From NCBI GenBank assembly GCA_002104905.1, contig MCFE01000433.1, positions 11,871 through 75,870 of the forward strand: DNA of 64,000 bases. Reading direction: 5' to 3'. The stretch is from Basidiobolus meristosporus CBS 931.73. Lineage: Eukaryota; Fungi; Basidiobolomycota. Below the pieces are notes generated by a model. That model saw only the letters and a list, made by a program, of their open reading frames with translations, was not told the DNA's origin and did no database searches. The translations under genes were made by a program, and so were the position numbers. Below, piece by piece: positions 1 to 14,921 of the stretch. How positions within the stretch are numbered: the stretch's first letter is position 1; each line of letters opens with the position of its first letter.

Positions 1-23
1 TTAATTGATACGCTGCCGTTAAC

Positions 24-1003
<980 letters not shown>

Positions 1004-2717
1004 CGCGCCATCCACAACCCCATCTGTTGAGTGATTAGAGTGATTGCCAGGGCTGTATTCTGTATTGTACGAATCAACGATGCCTCGCCTGTATTCGCCG
1101 GAGGCTTCGCTTGAATGCTACTATACTTCATTGTGATTAAACCTTTGTTTGGCACCCCCAGTACGTGCAGCCATCTCCGGCCTCCCTTGATGTCCAGGCC
1201 ATTTCAGTCATATCTTCTACCATTTTTCATATGACAAGTTAGGAACGCATTATCCTGCAAACCCTTCCTCTCTAGTAGTCATTTCCGACCATGTGTTTGT
1301 GACTTGAGGGCGACACAAATTCGAGAGTCCGGCTGGCTGCGAGTGAAAAGTCTAATCGTGCGGAAGGGTGAAGAGATCAATTGGATACTCATTTCTAAAT
1401 ACAGAACAAGTCAACCCGAAGATCCTGATAGCACCATCGCTTTGCCGAACAATCTACCCACCCCATTGGAGGCTCACCCGGTAGAATAGATGTTACTCAA
1501 GCAACGATGGGATCTCCTGTGCAAGAGAAGCATGTCCATCGACCAACCGCGACTGACAGTTGCACCACAGTCACAAACAAGGCCTCTTTGTGGCATCTAC
1601 AGGATCAGCAGGATGTATAGATGCAACCCCACCAAATTGCATTCCTAAACCGAATTAATGGTAGCTTCAAGCTGGCTGCACTGATGAGACAGAGGTGTGT
1701 CATGGATCCCCCGTTCTGGAGGTATAACCGTAGCAGGTTACGATTAGCGATGCACACGTACTTTCGAGTCTCACATTGGAGTGCAGCACCGCGCATAGCA
1801 GGTTCGCTCTCCTAAGACCGGTTGATTAATTGATGTAACAAACATGATGCCTCAGCCTCAACAGATCCAAAACCTGAGGAATCCATTGGATACACGATTG
1901 TATCCGGGGATCCCAGGAACGCTCACCGTTATCTTCAGCCTGCCATAAGCATGAGCAACGATTGGCATAGGGTAGATTGCAGTGAGCCTTCACATGGACG
2001 AGAGCCAGGTTGCAGACAATGACAGAGTCCAGATACTCGTGCATGACCAACGTAAGAGCCGAAACACCGCTGCATGTGCGGTGCAGTGAAGCCTCGCAAG
2101 CAATGCATCCCCATACTAATAGTCACATTGCTCGATCAGATGGGAATCTTCTTGGTTGTGTCATGTGGATCTGAAGACTGCGCGCTAATCTCGATGCATG
2201 CAGAACATAGCCATTCATTTGTATCATGATATATTAAGTGCCATGTTACGCACCCAATGTATTCTACCAAAGCCCCTTATCTAATCTGACAAATGCTCAT
2301 GAGGCCATCAGTATTTACGTAAGCCAGCTGCATTCCCTACTCAGTCCTGGCCGTGAATGCAACAGTTGGAATATCGGCTCCAACAGCGATCCCCAGTTTG
2401 GGCCATCTCTTGCCTAGATCGATTTCTCTCTGGCTACTCGCCAAGAATCACCATTATCCGATCTGCAGCAGCTATGAAAAGGAAAATCACTGCATCTTAC
2501 TAAAATGGGCGGTCGGCGACGATCAAGGTAGAGGCTCAGTGGAGGACTCTGGCCATGGTCGCTCAGGATGGGTGAATATTAAAGCAACTGGCGATGTTTA
2601 TTCAGCAAAGTGGCCGTGTATTGGCCAGGACCTCCGATGAGCATCCAATGATTAGACCACCCAAACGGATACGATATTAGGTGGAAAACAGTGATTAATT
2701 CTCGTAGAAAGAGGCTT

Positions 2718-3353
2718 CTAGTGATTAAGGATGGTGTGAATATCCATAAGAGACCTGCTCTTTTGGCATGGGGAGGCAGAACAAAATGAAGGGAGCGACA
2801 TGTCCACAAATGGTCGAAATATATACGTGGGCGGCATGTTCAGTGAACTGTATCCGCTGGGCTCCGGGGTGCCTGGCGTGGAGGAATCGCTGTCAGTGGC
2901 TGTGCTACCTGTACTTTCAAGCCCAACGGAAGTTTCACCTGCTACGCTTGGCGATGGGGTATTAATTACAAAAGATGGACTACAGCTAGGGTGTGTGGTA
3001 ATGCGCGTACGCATTGAGGGGTAAGGGGAGAGAGGGCTGGTCTTTTCGGCTCTGAAAACCGTGGATTTTCGATTCCGTTTCTTCTCATGAACTTTGGCAT
3101 GGCGAGATTGCTCGTCAGACCGGGAAAATTCACGTAGACAGCCAGGAAATGTGCACTTGTATGGCTTCTCCCCTGTATGGGTGCGAACATGCCTTTTCAG
3201 GTGTTCCGATCGGTTAAAGCGCTTGTAACAGACATGGCAGATGTGTTTGCGAGCTAGTACGTGGGTATCTCTTGCGCTGGGAATTTCAGGCGTTTCGAAG
3301 GTCTGTGGGTGCACGCGAAAGATAAATTGTTGGTCTTTACATATGTTCTTCAT
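2718..3353 (-). CDS. Two-finger C2H2 zinc-finger transcription factor, CreA/Mig1/Adr1-like
   Basis: [27 protein letters not shown] linker, [23 protein letters not shown], followed by an S/P/T-rich tail. ATG at 3353, single exon. Confidence 0.85.
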   Translation of the reverse strand: MKNICKDQQFIFRVHPQTFETPEIPSARDTHVLARKHICHVCYKRFNRSEHLKRHVRTHTGEKPYKCTFPGCLREFSRSDEQSRHAKVHEKKRNRKSTVFRAEKTSPLSPYPSMRTRITTHPSCSPSFVINTPSPSVAGETSVGLESTGSTATDSDSSTPGTPEPSGYSSLNMPPTYIFRPFVDMSLPSFCSASPCQKSRSLMDIHTILNH

Positions 3354-6300
3354 GTTACTACAGCAAAGTTCGTTGCCAGATTGCAGGGATTGGATAGGCT
3401 GCGGAAGTACTATAATGGATGTATGCCGGAATACAACTCGATGCTGGGAGGCTTCTGCTTCTTATATAACTCTTAAGGGCGTGTAGTCATGTACCTTAAA
3501 TAGAAGTAAGCTCTCTCCAATCCGATTTTTTTGTACTGAAACTAATAGGTTGCCACTGAAATTAACCGGCAGAAGGGTGTTGGAGGATCAAAAGCCAGAT
3601 CTCAGCAGGTATTAACTCTGCTCGTGGTCACTTGACTAACCTCCAATTGCAGTGGCATATTGTCGCGATGGATCTCTGCCACACCAGCTGAATCTTGCGG
3701 TTATCAATTTGACACACAAAAGAGATTAACCACTGATCGTGTGCACCTATTGTCTCCTGGAGACCCGTTTAGTGCTGATGCGTTTATTGGCTTACTTTGC
3801 TCCGACGAATGTTACAAGCAAACTCCAATGGGGCCATGTATGAGATAAGTGATGGAACAGCAGGGTAACCCTGGTCCACGCCCGAGTCCGAGTCAGCCGC
3901 GTCAATCCATCGAGAGCTATTATGCTACCCATCAGCCTTGCCACCAATTACACTGTTTGAAGCTGGACATATAGTCGGCCACATTGGCATGAGCACTCGC
4001 TTCCGCCGCCAGAAAATGGAAAGCCCAACACGAAGGTGACCCTAAAGTTGGCAGATTCAAGTCCGAATCAGAGGCGAATTTCTCCTTGATTCGCCTCCAT
4101 ACTGGTTTATGCGGAATAGCTTGCACTCTTTAGATGGTTATTATGGGCCTCTATGGAGGATTCCAAACTACAATCCAACTCATCTGTAAGTGATACATCT
4201 CTAATTAATTTACCCCACATTATATGCTCGAATTCGTTGGCTGGCCATCGCCATCGCCATGTCTCGTTTTTGGATTATGTAAGAGAACACAACAGGCCTC
4301 GATTGAGATAAACCCCTTGAAAATCAAGGAGATACCAATAGATGACATAATACCGACATGGGAGGATTCGTCACGGGTAGCTGAGGCATCTTTCGATAAG
4401 AATGAGAATGCCTACTGCAATAGATCTGGTGTACGCTTCTTGCCGCATATCCTCAACAAACGTATCATAGATCTGGCGTACCTGGGAAAAGGAAGCATAC
4501 TATCTCCTCTACATGGCTAGCATTGCATCTGTATATCTCTGCCTTGGCTCTGTCAAGTCCGGCAATCGATTATTAAGTACATCCTCGATAGCGGGCTGGT
4601 ATATCAATTCCGGACTGATGTGGAAATCTGTGCAAATGTTGTCAATATACGGTCAACGCTGTGGATGATTGAGGAACATTAAATTCAATATACCATCCCC
4701 TCGATTGATAGGCTTGGCGGCTGGTACTTGCTTCCTTACCCAATAAATACCTGAGTGGCTCCCCACAATGGCAATAATTACTCTACAACACTTGTCAGCC
4801 TTAATCGCTCATTTGTGTCAAGTATCCACTGTGTCTCTTCATCATGTGAGCTCAAGTGAGGGTCAAGTAGGTTGGGTTTGAGATTGGAAGCACAAAGAGC
4901 TGATATCCAACAAGATGCGATTTGGCTCCAAGCTGGTTGTGGCTTGCGTGATCTTTCTCGTAGCATATTAAGTAACTGGGATGAAGGCCTCGCCAATAAA
5001 GTGCCTTCTTACCAAAATGAAACTTCGTACGAGTCATCTACAGGTCAAATCGTAGTGTCACTGTTTGTTTCGACGTCACCTCTACAGGTAACTCTCGAGT
5101 GGGAAGTATAGTTAGAGTAGCCATTCGTCCAGTTCGCACATGGTTGTCGAACCAACCTCAGGTCAGGGGCCGCTCTCAATATTACCCATCCTCCAATTGA
5201 AGGCATCACGTATTTGTCGTACACATACACACTACAAGATGCATTGCTTGGACTACCCATTGCTAGCCCAAGATATAGTAAGCATTCACTAGAGGGACAA
5301 TATTGCGTAATTGCACTCGAATAATCCGAAACCGGTACTGCGTGGTATTGTGGGAACTAGCCCTGTGGCCATTACTGATGAGGTGTATTGCAAAGTGCAG
5401 ACTAATAAACCATAGAGACAAACAAAATAAGCACTGACTAAAGGGAATTGATCCTGGCGGAAGGCAGCACTCTAGAGGTGGAAGCATATTACCTGCACAT
5501 GGCTAAATTGATGAACTAAAGATCAAATTGGAGTTCGTCAAAAGTTACGCGAGACGCACTATCGGTGTGCGCAGACGCCCTGACGAATCATGGTATCGCA
5601 GTATCCCGTGTTTCGCCTTCAGAATGTTGGTGAGCAATAAACTGGTTACGGCTTGCAGTAGGGTGTAGCTCAAGGCTTGTTATTGATTTCACAGATACGA
5701 GTAGTAAGAATATCGAAGGTATGGCAGATTAAGAGGATCTTAGGGGACTGTGTGGGATGGTACTGATGACTTCATAGCTCAATTGGCCGCTAACGCATTA
5801 TTGGTAATTATTGAGGGCTTCTTCAGATCGGTATCATATTTTGACGCATCAAACGATTGACCCAACCCTCCATTTGCACCCCTGATTTTGACGATGGTGA
5901 ATAGGGAGCGCACCTGGGGTTTTACACATTCGCCTTCACTGAGGTGAGGTCAAATGAGGCTCTCGGATGATAGCAGTGCATTAATATTTGACACTAGTAC
6001 AGTTTCTAGTCTAACTGTGCTTCCCAGTTAATATAGGTTTTACGGAGGTGGACCAAATCATCACCTACTACGAGACTATATAGCCTTCTCATTGGCCAAA
6101 TCTTTCCTTATAAATTATAATACACCAGCGTGTTTGCTATGAATTATTTTAGATTCACACAAATCCTGACAGTTGATTTGCCACTTGGTTATAAACCTTA
6201 TCTAGGATCATATTCTTGATATGGGTGGAGTTTACCTTACTCCCATCGAGATGTACCGGCAATGGGTAGAAATCAAATAGTGCGTAGAGCTAACGCTTGA

Positions 6301-6818
6301 TTGATCGTAGATCTTTCATTGGCTGACTTCGATTGATCTTCAATTTGGCCATAAATCTCGTGGGTGTCAATCTAACAATCCATCAGTACTTGAGTGCTAG
6401 CGGTATGAAGTATGCATCACTGGAGTCCCAGAGGTTCCATACGTACAATAGGACTTCGCGGGAAGGATTATTATGGAGTATTAGAGATCGTTTGAACATC
6501 TGCTCCTCACTAGCATGACTTTGTGTGCAGGCTAATCGTCGATACTCAATCCCTGGTGGTTTTATCTGGGTGGCAGGATCTTGCCCCGAGCTCTAAGCAT
6601 TGAACCTTTACACTAATGGTGGCATTTATATTGGCATTTAGGCTTCATAAAATGGGGAAGCTACTCAAATACTTAAAGGGCATTCATTTATGCTAGTATA
6701 GCTGAATGTTTTGGTGTGCAGCCAATAGGACAAACACTCACTAGAAACCATGCGCCCGCATTTATTGAAAGAACCTCAATGCTCAAGGCTTCTATAGAAG
6801 TGGCCATATCGAAATCAT

Positions 6819-7409
6819 CTACTTCCAGGCCTTAAAACGGCCATGATTCAGCCGATTGCTATACATTGGTGATGTCGCACTCTGGCGGTTACCTGGTGAC
6901 GTTCGAAGACACAATCTAGCTTGTGGCTTAAGAAGCATACCGCGCTTGTATCGATGTTCCCCCATCGAGAAATCCCAGGTTGAGCCTGTCTCTTGAAAAC
7001 AACAATATTTATTCATAGCTCTGAAATATTTAACGATTACATAAATCATTTACAGCACATCGATTATACGGCAATCGGTGTATTTGGTGACCTTGCCGGA
7101 CTACTTCCTTGGAATGCTATCCCAGATGTTAACCTTGCTCTCTGCCAAGTCTGGGTTGAGGTCTTGCTTGCCAAGTAAAGTGACGAATGCTTTGTCCATG
7201 TCAGTGAAGTGCTGGACATTGATGACCTCGGAGGTTGATTCGGGAGAAACGACCTTTCTGATTGGCCGAATCTTGACAACGTTGGAGGTGGAAGCGTCCA
7301 TTGGTGGCATGCTTGGGATGTCAAAGCTACGCAATGCAGAGGTAGAGAAGAGTCGAGGTACCAAGGAGGATCTCTTCAATTGGTATGTTACGGAAGTTAG
7401 GCTTTTCAT
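6819..7409 (-). CDS. Putative spliced gene with a mitochondrial-presequence-like N-terminus; product unknown
   Basis: ATG at 7409 gives MKSLTSVTYQLKRSSLVPRLFSTSALRSF (R/S-rich, no acidic residues). The frame ends at a possible GT donor near 7103. Downstream exons are unresolved. Confidence 0.3.
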
Positions 7410-10291
7410 GACTAATTTAGGTTTGTGGTCTTCGGCACCCAAAAGCAATCTTTATATATTCTCTGGTTGTCACCTGAAGAGCTACTGACATCGCTTCATT
7501 CTGAAAGCCCCCACTCCCCAAAAATTCGCATTGGATGATGCGCGAGGCACTGGCAGCGGTTTCAGCCAGCTGGTGGTCTTAGAAACAAACATACGTCTAG
7601 TCTTTGGTCAGTTGACCATCATCCATGATCACTCACCACCAACACCATTACCTCGTCAGCATCGAGATACCCGTGCGTCAGGTTAAATATGGCTTTTCTT
7701 TTTGCTTGGGGCAGACTGTAGCTACCTCACTGGTCAGCATCCCCCTCCCGTGCTAGATTGAAACCATCAGGTGTCAGTTTTAAGATCATACTTTACCCAG
7801 GTTGCCTCAGCAGAAGGATTTGGCATCACAGGCATAATGGTCCCAATTCCTCGCTGAGGATCGTAATTCGTCCAATCCTGAGGAAGCATTCTGGATGGCT
7901 GCATGCCGTGAACGTATCGCTGATCGCAAAATGCACCGGAGTGCTACAAAACGATAGTTTACTTGGCCCATGTTGGCGAGGATTTCATGGGAATGCTGAA
8001 GAGTGATGCGGGCTCGGGGCGGTTCTAGCCATTTGCGTGACAAGTGGTTCGACGAATCTTATTGCGAAGGTCATTTCAAGTGTGCCTCTGGTAATCAAGA
8101 CGCTCGACAATCCGCTAATTTGATGAGACATCTCGAGCCGCTTTCTCGTGTGCTTAGCTCGATAACCCCAAATTGGATCCGAGACTACGATACGCCACTG
8201 ACCACCCAACTGCTATTGGTATCTTGAATTGCATGCTTAAGAATTTGCTAGATCAAACGTCACAGAGCATAGATCTCACGAAAATAGTGGCATTGGTAAT
8301 CACCAGGTCAGACCAGTGTAAATGCCTGCCGAAGAAAACCCTGAATGCCGTATCCTAGCCAGTCCTCCACTCCCCAGCTTCAGAGGAACACAACAGCGAT
8401 CTCCAGAAATACCCCATTCCACAAAGCCCCACATTATTGTACAAAAATCCCTGCCCTTTCCAAAGCTATGCATCTCCCCGAAGCCAAAGTGTTGACACAG
8501 TGTGTACCGCATTTTGGACAGGGAAAAGGTAGGTCTTCAGGTGAATCACAAATCCTAAACAAAGAGCCACCGCGCCCATATTGCTCAGGATCATGAGGCC
8601 ATCTAGCATCACATTGTTTGGCACTTGATATATACTCAACAGTCAAAGAATGTGACCATCCCCACCACCTCCAAGGGGGGTCATTTCCCCGAACACAACC
8701 GGCACTCCACAAACTCGCATTCACCCACGGCCCTAACAGCTGCGTGACCTCCGATTTCTATCGCTTCGGAAGTCTTAGGTATTGTGTTGGTGGGCAAGAT
8801 GATTGTTCCATTCTTTCGTGGTGGGGTGTGACTGAGCTGAGAGACCTCGAGCGTCAGTTAGTCGGTGTCGAGGTGCCTCCTGGACAGAGATGCCTATCAA
8901 TCTATGGGGCTACCTCCATCGCATATGAAGCAGATTATCAACCCTACCTCGCTACTTTCGAACCCGCCAATTTCCATATCAAGCCGCACTCCAAATGGGT
9001 ATCAGTAATAGGCACACATTTGTGGGACGGGCCATCTCTCACATCTACAACAGGCACCGAAATCCTGTGGTTGCACACCGAACGATGTTAAGGCAAAGGC
9101 ATGGGAAAATTCTCTAAACTAACTCGAATGCATGCCGCATCCAACGAAACACACACATACTCACACCTCATATATATATGTATACATTGCGTAAGATAGA
9201 GGCTGGCAATGCAGGATTGCCAGTAGAACTCCACTACTGTGACTAATTTGTTCCACCTCGATTCTCACATGGTTTCTGGACGGGTGATCCTTTTAGTCAT
9301 CGAACCACCAATAAACATCAAGATATTGGATCTTTGATGTTTCAATGCTGCAAGGGTTTGAGCTGAATCAGCGTTAACAACAGGGTCTGTTCCTTCCCAG
9401 CAGCTGCTTACTTGTAATATTCAACACTTCGCCTTGATCAGCCCGCTTCAAATGGGATCTTTTTGTAAGACCAGCCAGTTGGCAACCTGCCGACTCAATT
9501 CAGCCTGCCTTTTCTGGGCTAAAACCATCCTAGGTAGCCGGCATGTCGCTGTGCTTGTATTGTCCCTCACAAAGCAACAATGGTGTGAGGCGGGTAAGCT
9601 CAATCACCTAATAGGCGCACAACTTCAATCTTGTCGACAGATGGTGCGCATCTTGTGCAAGTATCAACAACTAGTTTGGCCTTGTGGCGAATGGGGCCAG
9701 TTAGCGGTCGAGATTTATATGCTTGGGCGGGTCATTGCAGAAATAGAGCATTGCCTGATGACATGGGCCGAGACACCTCTGTGGTGAAGATATCAGAGTT
9801 CAAATCACAACAATGGAACCCAATCCGAATTAGCATTATTAATGGTGCTGAGGAATTTCATGTGCTATATGTCAGCATCGTGATTTTCGGCCAATCATCA
9901 GCTGATTTGCATGTTACACGCCAGCTTTTGTGAAATAGTGGGTTTTTAATTGTTGAGACGAATTCATATGATCATCTAGGTTTGCTCAAAAGGGAGACTT
10001 CAGCAGAGCCAGATGGGAAGAATTTCATGTAAGTTTGCATTGAATTTGGGCTAGTACGATTGTGATGAGAATCTGAAACCATTCTTGACCAGACGATTTC
10101 GGAATTTGATGGAATCATCAGTTAGGTTATTCTACATCCGAAGGCTAGGATTCCTCCTGGTGTGCCTTTAAAAAGCGTTTGCTCGTGAAACTGGCCCCTT
10201 TACGAAAGACAACCGAGTCCCGATTTTCCAGTTGTGCTTCGAACTAGAGCTAGACAACCGCGCTTTGTACCCACGTTAAATACAAACCGAT

Positions 10292-11041
10292 ATGAAGGTA
10301 GTAGGGCTGACTGGTGGTGTTGCTTCAGGTAACATGCGGCTACTTAGAGCAGCCCTTTGATCTCCACTAAACTTTCTCGACAGGCAAGAAAACGGTGGCG
10401 AAACTGATTGCACAGGAAGGGTATCCGGTGCTAGATATAGATAGCCTGCTCAGCCTAGGCCCCTCAATTTCTTCGAAAAGTGGGTCGCTATATACCCTGC
10501 TCCTGAGTCTAATTGGATGGATAAAACCAAAAGCCCAAGTGCAACAGGACAAAACACCGAGCCCCAGCGAATCGCGTCGCATTCTTTTGAAATGGGTGCT
10601 GTGGAAATACATCACGGGCTACCGCATGGTTTTTGTGAAGTCCCGATTCCTCTACGAGCTGGGCTTGGCACGGTTCGTGAGTGCCGTGATAATGGTGTAT
10701 TGGTAAGTGGATTTAGCAACGTCCCCGTCGTATGGTAGGAAAGCTAATCTCTTCGTCATAGCACAAAGCAGGTCATGATTCAGCGGCTCATGGAGCGTGA
10801 CGGGTGCCACGAGAACCTCGCGGTCCTACGGGCGGAGCCAAATGGCTGGATGGAGAAAAAGCGCCAAATGGCGGACTACGTGATTCACAACTCCGACTCT
10901 TTTCGGAACACGGAAAGCCAGGTGCTGCTCGTTCTGGACAAGCTGCGGCCTACCTGGAGATCCTCTATCATCTCGTTGCTTTTACCCTCCTTGGTTACCA
11001 TCTCATGTCTAGGCTTCTGGATAAAGCATCGTTCACAGTAG
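10292..11041 (+). CDS. Dephospho-CoA kinase (CoaE/DCAKD)-like protein, divergent, 3 exons (10292-10328, 10384-10702, 10762-11041)
   Basis: MKVVGLTGGVASGKKTVA...YPVLDID...FLYELG...VYCTKQVMIQRLMERD...EKKRQMADYVIHNS, plus a hydrophobic C-terminal tail. Introns are GT-AG and keep frame. Confidence 0.8.
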
Positions 11042-12752
11042 CGGATTGGCTCCTCGCTTAGTGACAACTTGCGTATGTATGTATCTAGCTGAGGCAAACT
11101 TGTTTTTTCTGTATAAAGTTTTTCAACATCATATCGTGGATCGAATTTCTTTTTATCAGTGTTGATTGGAAAGAAACCATCAGTTATTTGGTGCACGGTA
11201 GGGCTGCGTGCAGTAGGTTACGTCGGTTGATTGACGAAACAGAGAGGCATTCTAACACCATGGGCACGGTTTCGCTCATGGCGGCCTAGGGAAGGCAACT
11301 GCTTGGATTCAAAGTGGAAATGGAATACTGGATGGTGTAAAGGAGTTTATTCGTCTCCGTATATTTAGTATAGGATCCCACGGTGAGCAAGGGGAATGCT
11401 GCTTATTTACCACTCCATTGGGCTGATGTTGCCGTGGCTCTAGACCACCAAGACATGGATCGAGGAGATGATCCAGTGCATGCAGTGTCAGTAGAATGGA
11501 CGGTGTGTATGTGCAAGGCGGACGATACTTAAATTTCATAACACTGCAACCGAATTTATCCCAACCCTGGATGTGGTCAGAAAGGGACTACAGGCACTGT
11601 GTGCAGGAAATTGTGGGAGTCCTGCATCGTTGCCGTTGCTGCTGCCGTGATTGTGACCAGAGGGAGTGAGCAAGGTGTCTTGGTGAGGGTCACAGTTACG
11701 TCGAGTTCTGATTGTAGGTCCAAGCGACTTGGTCCACTAGAGACTTGATATTACATTTCAAAACCATTGAACCGCCATCATCGCGTATTCTGGGTGCTGA
11801 TCATTGTGTAGCCCTGATGATCTCAGTTGCCAGGGAAGCTTGGTGGTGGCGTTGAGTAGATCAGCAAGAATCAAGGAACGTTTCCAATTTTTCTACTCAT
11901 CGTCAGGGCAATGGTTACCCAGTAGAGGATTCATTTACGATCACTTGGGAAACAGTCACACATGTGTTACAAATTTTGCTAAACAAACACTCCGCAGATC
12001 TTGTCACGAAGATGCAGCCAAGGAATTTTCCCCACTTTTCACGAAGTCGAATAGCCCAGCCAGAGGAGCCACACAGTGATGTTGCGCGTAGCAACAATAC
12101 GAGACAAGATAGGCACCAAGCAAGCAACAGCCTGGCGCGGTGATATACAATGCACTATGGATCGCGTTGGGTGCTAGTGATTTCATCATGATGGCAAGCT
12201 TTGGATGAATGATTGCCAAGCGGATTCAGGGCCTCCGATGCGATTGGCCTGGCTTGTTGATATAACTATAAATATGTTTTGCCATCGGAAACGGAGCATT
12301 ACAAAAGCCCAAGAAGGACGCAACAATCAACACTTGCTATCCGTAGGTTGGACCAGCTTGTTTAGTCCAGATTCTTGTTGACTAATCGGTAGGGCTGATA
12401 TCCTGCAGTTCGACGCATCCACTTCGTCTCCTGTTATTTACTCAAAGGTAATCTTCCCCGCTTATTTTGATTCCTCCCACATAGTGCATATCGTCAGGTT
12501 ATTTCCTAATCAAATCCCAGTTTAATCCCCTCGTCGATAGTGGATTTAGGAATTCAGTCGAGCGGATACTTAACTCGCAGCCGGCCCCTCACATCTGTGT
12601 TTTTGCTGTTTCCGAGTTTACTTGCCACTTCTCTGTGGTGATCCCTTTCGTTTGACTCTTCTGACTTTCCCTACTCCATTTCTAGTATTGGACGTCACGC
12701 AAGGTGACCTACAGACTCAGACGGTCGGCAATTTACAGTAGCGTCCTTAGAA

Positions 12753-14477
12753 ATGCTTTCCTCTAGCAACGGCGAGAACCCACCCATCTACAAAACCATT
12801 GGTCTTATCCTAGCTGTATCTAGCGGTACGACACAGTGCTTTGTCTAGCGAGGCCTCTTGTTCTAACCTGCGCCGAATCCTACAGGCTTTTTCATCGGAT
12901 CGAGCTTTATCATCAAGAAGAAGGGGCTTTTGCAATCGTACGCCACCGGTATTTGGTCTTGCCAGCTGGTTGCTTTTTGCTCTGTTGTTTACCTGATTTA
13001 CAGGTGGGATCCCTGGAGAAGGGCATCAGTATCTTAAATCCAAGTTATGGTGGCTCGGGATGATCTTGAGTACGTCTATTCACCGCGTGTATATTGCGCG
13101 CCTTACTAACCTCCCTACTTCAGTGGTGGCGGGAGAAATTCTGAACTTCGTCGCATATGCGTTTACCCCCGCGATTCTTGTAACCCCTCTAGGGGCGTTG
13201 AGCGTCGTTGTGAGGTATACAGGACGATCTTCTGCGAAAGAGAACGCTCGACAATGTGATCTAACGTTTATTCACCACCAGTGCTGTTCTGTCCTCTATC
13301 TTCCTGAAAGAAAAGTTGACCTTCGTCGGGAAAATCGGGTGCGGTATCTGCGTCGTAGGGGCAATCATCATTGTTATCCACGCACCGGAGCAGAATGCTC
13401 CAGCAACGATTGCCGCGTTCATGAACTACACCATATCACCAAGTAAGTGTTTCTTGAAAGATGAGTGGGGAGTGTGTTACTGATCGCAAGTGCCATTCCA
13501 TAGTATTTCTCACTTACGCGGTAGTATTGATATTGATCAGTCTGTTCCTGATTTTCAAGATTGCCCCCAAGCACGGCAAGAACAATATGTTGGTGTATAT
13601 TAGTGTGTGCTCTCTTATAGGCTCACTGTCTGTCGTTTGCACCCAGGGGCTCGGGGCCTCGATCATATATTCGGTCACAACGGAGAGCCAATTCAAGCAC
13701 CCATTTATCTACGCGCTGATTGTTTTTGTGGTGGTCACACTATTGGTCGAGGTGGACTACCTCAACAAAGCGTTGAACCTATTCAGTACCGCCCTGGTAA
13801 CGCCCATCTATTATGTGATGTTCACCACATGCACCATCGTCTCCACCGCCATCCTATTCCAAGGCTTTCACGCGGAGCCGTTGAGTATAGTCACCGCGGT
13901 GTGCGGGTTTCTTGTGATATGTGGCGGGGTACTTTTGCTCCATATCTCCAAAGAGTCGGAGGAGATGGTAAGTGGAAAGAGCCACGAGCTGGACGCCGAG
14001 ATGGGTCAGATCGAAAAATTCCCTTCCGCAGTGCTGGTGGACTCTGGAAGAATCCGATCAATCCATGGGAGTAGCCAGGAGCCGATGGTCGATCGTTCGA
14101 ACACCACCATGGACCACCAACTAGACCGAGCCCTATCCTCCCCTACGGCTCGTAGAAACTCTAGTTCCGGAATAGTTAGGCGCACCGCCACCATTGGCCC
14201 TATGAGTGGCTTCGACTCTATTAAACGGACGCGAGGTAGAAGGGCGTACACTCTGGAGAGTGGATATCCAGGCAATCTGATGAAGGTCTACGATTTCCAG
14301 CTCGCGCTGGTCCCCAGTGCAGCCCCAGGGCTGCTACCAGGCGTAACAGTCTCCCGAATTCACTCGCTATCCTCAAAATCCAACCGAAGTAGTCGTTCCG
14401 AGCGATCCAGGTCCGTGGTGTATCCACAGGATGCAGCAGGGGGCGCGAGCCTGCCCGACCCTAATAGCAGCGGATGA
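12753..14477 (+). CDS. NIPA-family magnesium transporter, multi-exon
   Basis: [73 protein letters not shown] motifs across short GT-AG introns. ATG at 12753, stop at 14477. Confidence 0.9.
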
Positions 14478-14921
14478 CCTTGAAGCGATGAGCGGTGTGG
14501 TGGTCGAGGGAACTAATCTGTAGATAAAACCAGCCAATATCCTACGCTCTGTAGTCCTAATAACTCTTACAGTCTAGGCCAACTAATCTTCTAACCCCAG
14601 ACGATTCCAATGATAATCCCCCGGGAATCACACTGCCTGACCTTAGTTCAGCCCAACTGAATAAGCCAAGATTTTGTCAGCTTGGAGAATTCTCTTACCA
14701 TGCCTTCTTGTAACTAATTTTTGATATAAACCCTCCTTCGATCCAATCCATTCCCTTGGCGGGGCTACGTCCGTGGTGGTTGGCGGGATGTCCGGGGATT
14801 TGACGTTTGACGGGTTCGTTTGCAATCTGGTGGATTTATTACATAGAAAAGGATATTGTGTACATATTTCTTGATGGGAGAGTGTGTGAGGCACACAGGG
14901 AGCCCATGAGTTGGGAAGGGT

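Noticed and set aside
1600-2130. LVHVKAH and Cys-rich peptides suggesting a non-LTR RNase H / zinc-knuckle relic on the minus strand
   Set aside because: Only a 5-residue motif match, with the downstream N..AD missing. Not supportable without a profile search.
5655-5700. GGGTGTAGCTCAA, tRNA-like start
   Set aside because: No cloverleaf or T-loop follows.
8618-9091. 157-aa ORF
   Set aside because: Non-ATG start and no recognisable domain. Listed only as part of the unexplained interval.
9150-9190. Short (CA)n/(TA)n tract
   Set aside because: An ordinary microsatellite, too short to be informative.
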